The notes under the pieces are model-generated. The model was not told the DNA's origin and searched no databases. It saw nothing but the letters and a program-made list of their open reading frames with translations. DNA of 64,000 nt, taken from positions 107,884 to 171,883 of the forward strand of contig VGLU01000002.1 of the NCBI GenBank assembly GCA_016882195.1, given 5' to 3'. Numbering within the stretch: position 1 is the first letter of the stretch; each line of letters begins with the position of its first letter. Both the position numbers and the translations under genes were made by a program. Origin of the DNA: Thermoproteota archaeon. GTDB lineage: Archaea; Thermoproteota; Methanomethylicia; Methanomethylicales; Methanomethylicaceae. Shown here in pieces: positions 62,173 to 64,000 of the stretch.

Positions 62173-62656
62173 GGGGCATACCTGGCACTAATCGCCCCTC
62201 CTTTTGCAACTGCTTCGGGCTCAAGAACTCCACGTATTTGGCGAGCTCCTCTTGCCTCTTCTCCCGCATAAAATCTAGAACCTTCTTCATTAACGCGGAA
62301 CTGCCAACGAACTCCGTATGCGCCCTCGACATGACCGCCGCGCTTCCTCTAACGTCGTTCGCAGCAAGTAGCCTCTTCCCTTCTCTATAATGTTCCTCTA
62401 TCTTGGCGCTCCATACCTTGAGCGCCTCCGCATCCTCCTTCATCTCCTCGGGCAGGCTCTTCCCTAACAGTAAGAGCCCTCCAGCTAATGCCTCCAGCTC
62501 CTTCAGGTGCAGCTCCGCCAGCGCGAAGTCCTTCGTTGAATTCGGGTTCTTGAGGGTCCCTATGCCCTCCCGGTACGACGCCATCCTGCCAGCTTTTGCC
62601 CCCATATCGACGAGATCTGAGGTTCCAATGGGGCAACTGTCTGCCAGACTCAGCAA
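62138..62656 (-). CDS. Hypothetical helical protein
   Basis: 172-aa ORF with genome-like codon usage; no recognised motif. Confidence 0.5.
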   Translation of the reverse strand: MLSLADSCPIGTSDLVDMGAKAGRMASYREGIGTLKNPNSTKDFALAELHLKELEALAGGLLLLGKSLPEEMKEDAEALKVWSAKIEEHYREGKRLLAANDVRGSAAVMSRAHTEFVGSSALMKKVLDFMREKRQEELAKYVEFLSPKQLQKEGRLVPGMPLRYQCHFFVCY

Positions 62657-62675
62657 TGACGCAACCCGTTTTCCC

Positions 62676-62801
62676 TCACCGCTGACCTTTCACCCTCCTC
62701 TTAAGGAAGTCGCCCTCCCTCTCCTCCTCCAGCAGTCCTGCCTTCTTTACAAGGCGCTCGTATATCTCCTCGCGCAACAATAGCGTCGTCTTTACAGGCA
62801 A
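62676..62801 (-). CDS. Small protein with ribbon-helix-helix/antitoxin-like N-terminus (41 aa)
   Basis: Below ORF-track cut-off; TTG start with GGTGA RBS; LPVKTTLLLREEIYERLVKKAG... Confidence 0.4.
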   Translation of the reverse strand: MPVKTTLLLREEIYERLVKKAGLLEEEREGDFLKRRVKGQR

Positions 62802-63001
62802 TCGGTCACCGTATATGTACACCGTACAATATCTAGTAAATCTTACTGGTTCGCATTAGAGACCTTTCAGAAACCCCAAACCTTCCCCGTCTTGGCAAGT
62901 CCCAACCCATTTGAGTCGTTTCGCTCGCTGGGGTCAGGTATCTTAGTATCATACGTTGCCTTATGCAGCGTTATGCGTAAGTGGCTCCCGAAATAGACAC
63001 T

Positions 63002-63940
63002 TTATTTTTGGTTGCGGTAGTACTCGACCGTCCTCCTGATCCCTTCCTTTAGGGATACCTTAGCCCGAAAGGTCAGGAGGCGCTGGGCTTTCGCCGTGTC
63101 TGCCTGCGTGTTCATGACGTAGTTCTTTATCGGGTTGGGGACGTAGGTGGGCTTAATGGAGGTGCCGAGTTCCTTGTTGAGGAGTTCTATTATCGTGTTG
63201 AAGGAGGTGGCGATGCCGGTGCCGACGTTTACGACCTCCCCCTTCAGACCGGACTTCATCGCCAAAATGCTCGCCTCGACAACGTCCTTCACGAATGTGA
63301 AGTCCCTCGTTTGGGTCCCGTCGCCGTAGATAACCGGTCTCTCCCCCTTCATCATCCCCCACAGGAACTGGGAGATGTTGTTCGCGTACCTCCCCTTGTA
63401 CTCCTCCTGGGGACCGTAGACGCTGAAGTACCTGAGCCCCACCACGCGGAGACCGTAGAGCTCTGCGTAGAGCGAGGTAGCGAGCTCCCTGGCATAGAAG
63501 GAGTACTCGTAGAAGCTCCCTGGCATTACAAGCATGTCCTCGCGGTGGGGCGGCTTGCACCTGCCGTAGAGGCTGCTCGTGGAGGCGTACACAACCGGGA
63601 AGTCCCTCCGCCGGGCGGCGTCCATGACATTCAAGAAGCCCTTCAGGTTTACTTCTATCCCCTCCCTAGGGTCTGGAGAGAACATGGGTGCCGAGCTCCT
63701 CGCTGCTACGTGGAAGACCCCTGCAACATCCTTCGTCAGCTCCTCCACAAGGCTCGCGTCCCTCACGTCGCCTATTACAAGACTGACCTTCTTGGACGGG
63801 AGCCCCTTGAGGTTCTCCTCCTTCCCTAGGCTCATGTCGTCTAGGACCGCGACCTCATAATCCTCTCTCACGAGCCTCCGCACGATGTTACATCCTATGA
63901 AGCCTGCTCCGCCAATCACCAGAAACTTCATACCATTCAC
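63002..63940 (-). CDS. NAD-dependent epimerase/dehydratase
   Basis: IGGAGFIG, ASTSSLYG, LRYFSVYGP, YGDGTQTRDF; YxxxK Lys replaced (YEYSF); start may be 63931. Confidence 0.87.
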   Translation of the reverse strand: MNGMKFLVIGGAGFIGCNIVRRLVREDYEVAVLDDMSLGKEENLKGLPSKKVSLVIGDVRDASLVEELTKDVAGVFHVAARSSAPMFSPDPREGIEVNLKGFLNVMDAARRRDFPVVYASTSSLYGRCKPPHREDMLVMPGSFYEYSFYARELATSLYAELYGLRVVGLRYFSVYGPQEEYKGRYANNISQFLWGMMKGERPVIYGDGTQTRDFTFVKDVVEASILAMKSGLKGEVVNVGTGIATSFNTIIELLNKELGTSIKPTYVPNPIKNYVMNTQADTAKAQRLLTFRAKVSLKEGIRRTVEYYRNQK

Positions 63941-64000
63941 TGTAAATTATTCTCCTCTCTGTATTTATAAAAGTCATTCAAACATCAAATGAAACAGAAT

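Overview
Archaeal chromosomal window (aRF1, BHB-intron tRNA, TATA promoters, GGTGA-type RBSs), most plausibly from a TACK-type methanogen such as Methanomethylicia/Verstraetearchaeota; that placement is inferred from the methanogenesis markers MtxX/Mmp4 and Mmp11 plus aks genes. From left to right: (1) an Ech-like group 4 membrane [NiFe]-hydrogenase operon whose EchD subunit is fused to a GltD/SfrB-type NADPH flavoprotein, followed by a TrxB-like gene with SxxC in place of CxxC; (2) an acetate/amide module (acs, internally deleted satP, USP-DUF485 fusion, actP, urea-type channel, aliphatic amidase) whose promoters share a 22-bp dyad; (3) a 1612-aa multi-peptidase surface protein, a LigD phosphoesterase, tRNAs, proBAC, aRF1, pyrH, and tRNA-Leu with a probable DUF1874 ring-nuclease remnant behind it; (4) aksA-mtxX-aksD-aksE-ThDP enzyme-mmp11-GMC flavoprotein, a candidate cluster for the unresolved late steps of coenzyme B biosynthesis; (5) a ~23 kb N-glycan/surface polysaccharide cluster (Alg13/Alg14/AglH, wbpABED-like, gmd/fcl, glycosyltransferases, methyltransferases, flippase) containing a tRNA-Ile2(CAT). 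All calls come from motif recognition by eye; no database searches were run.
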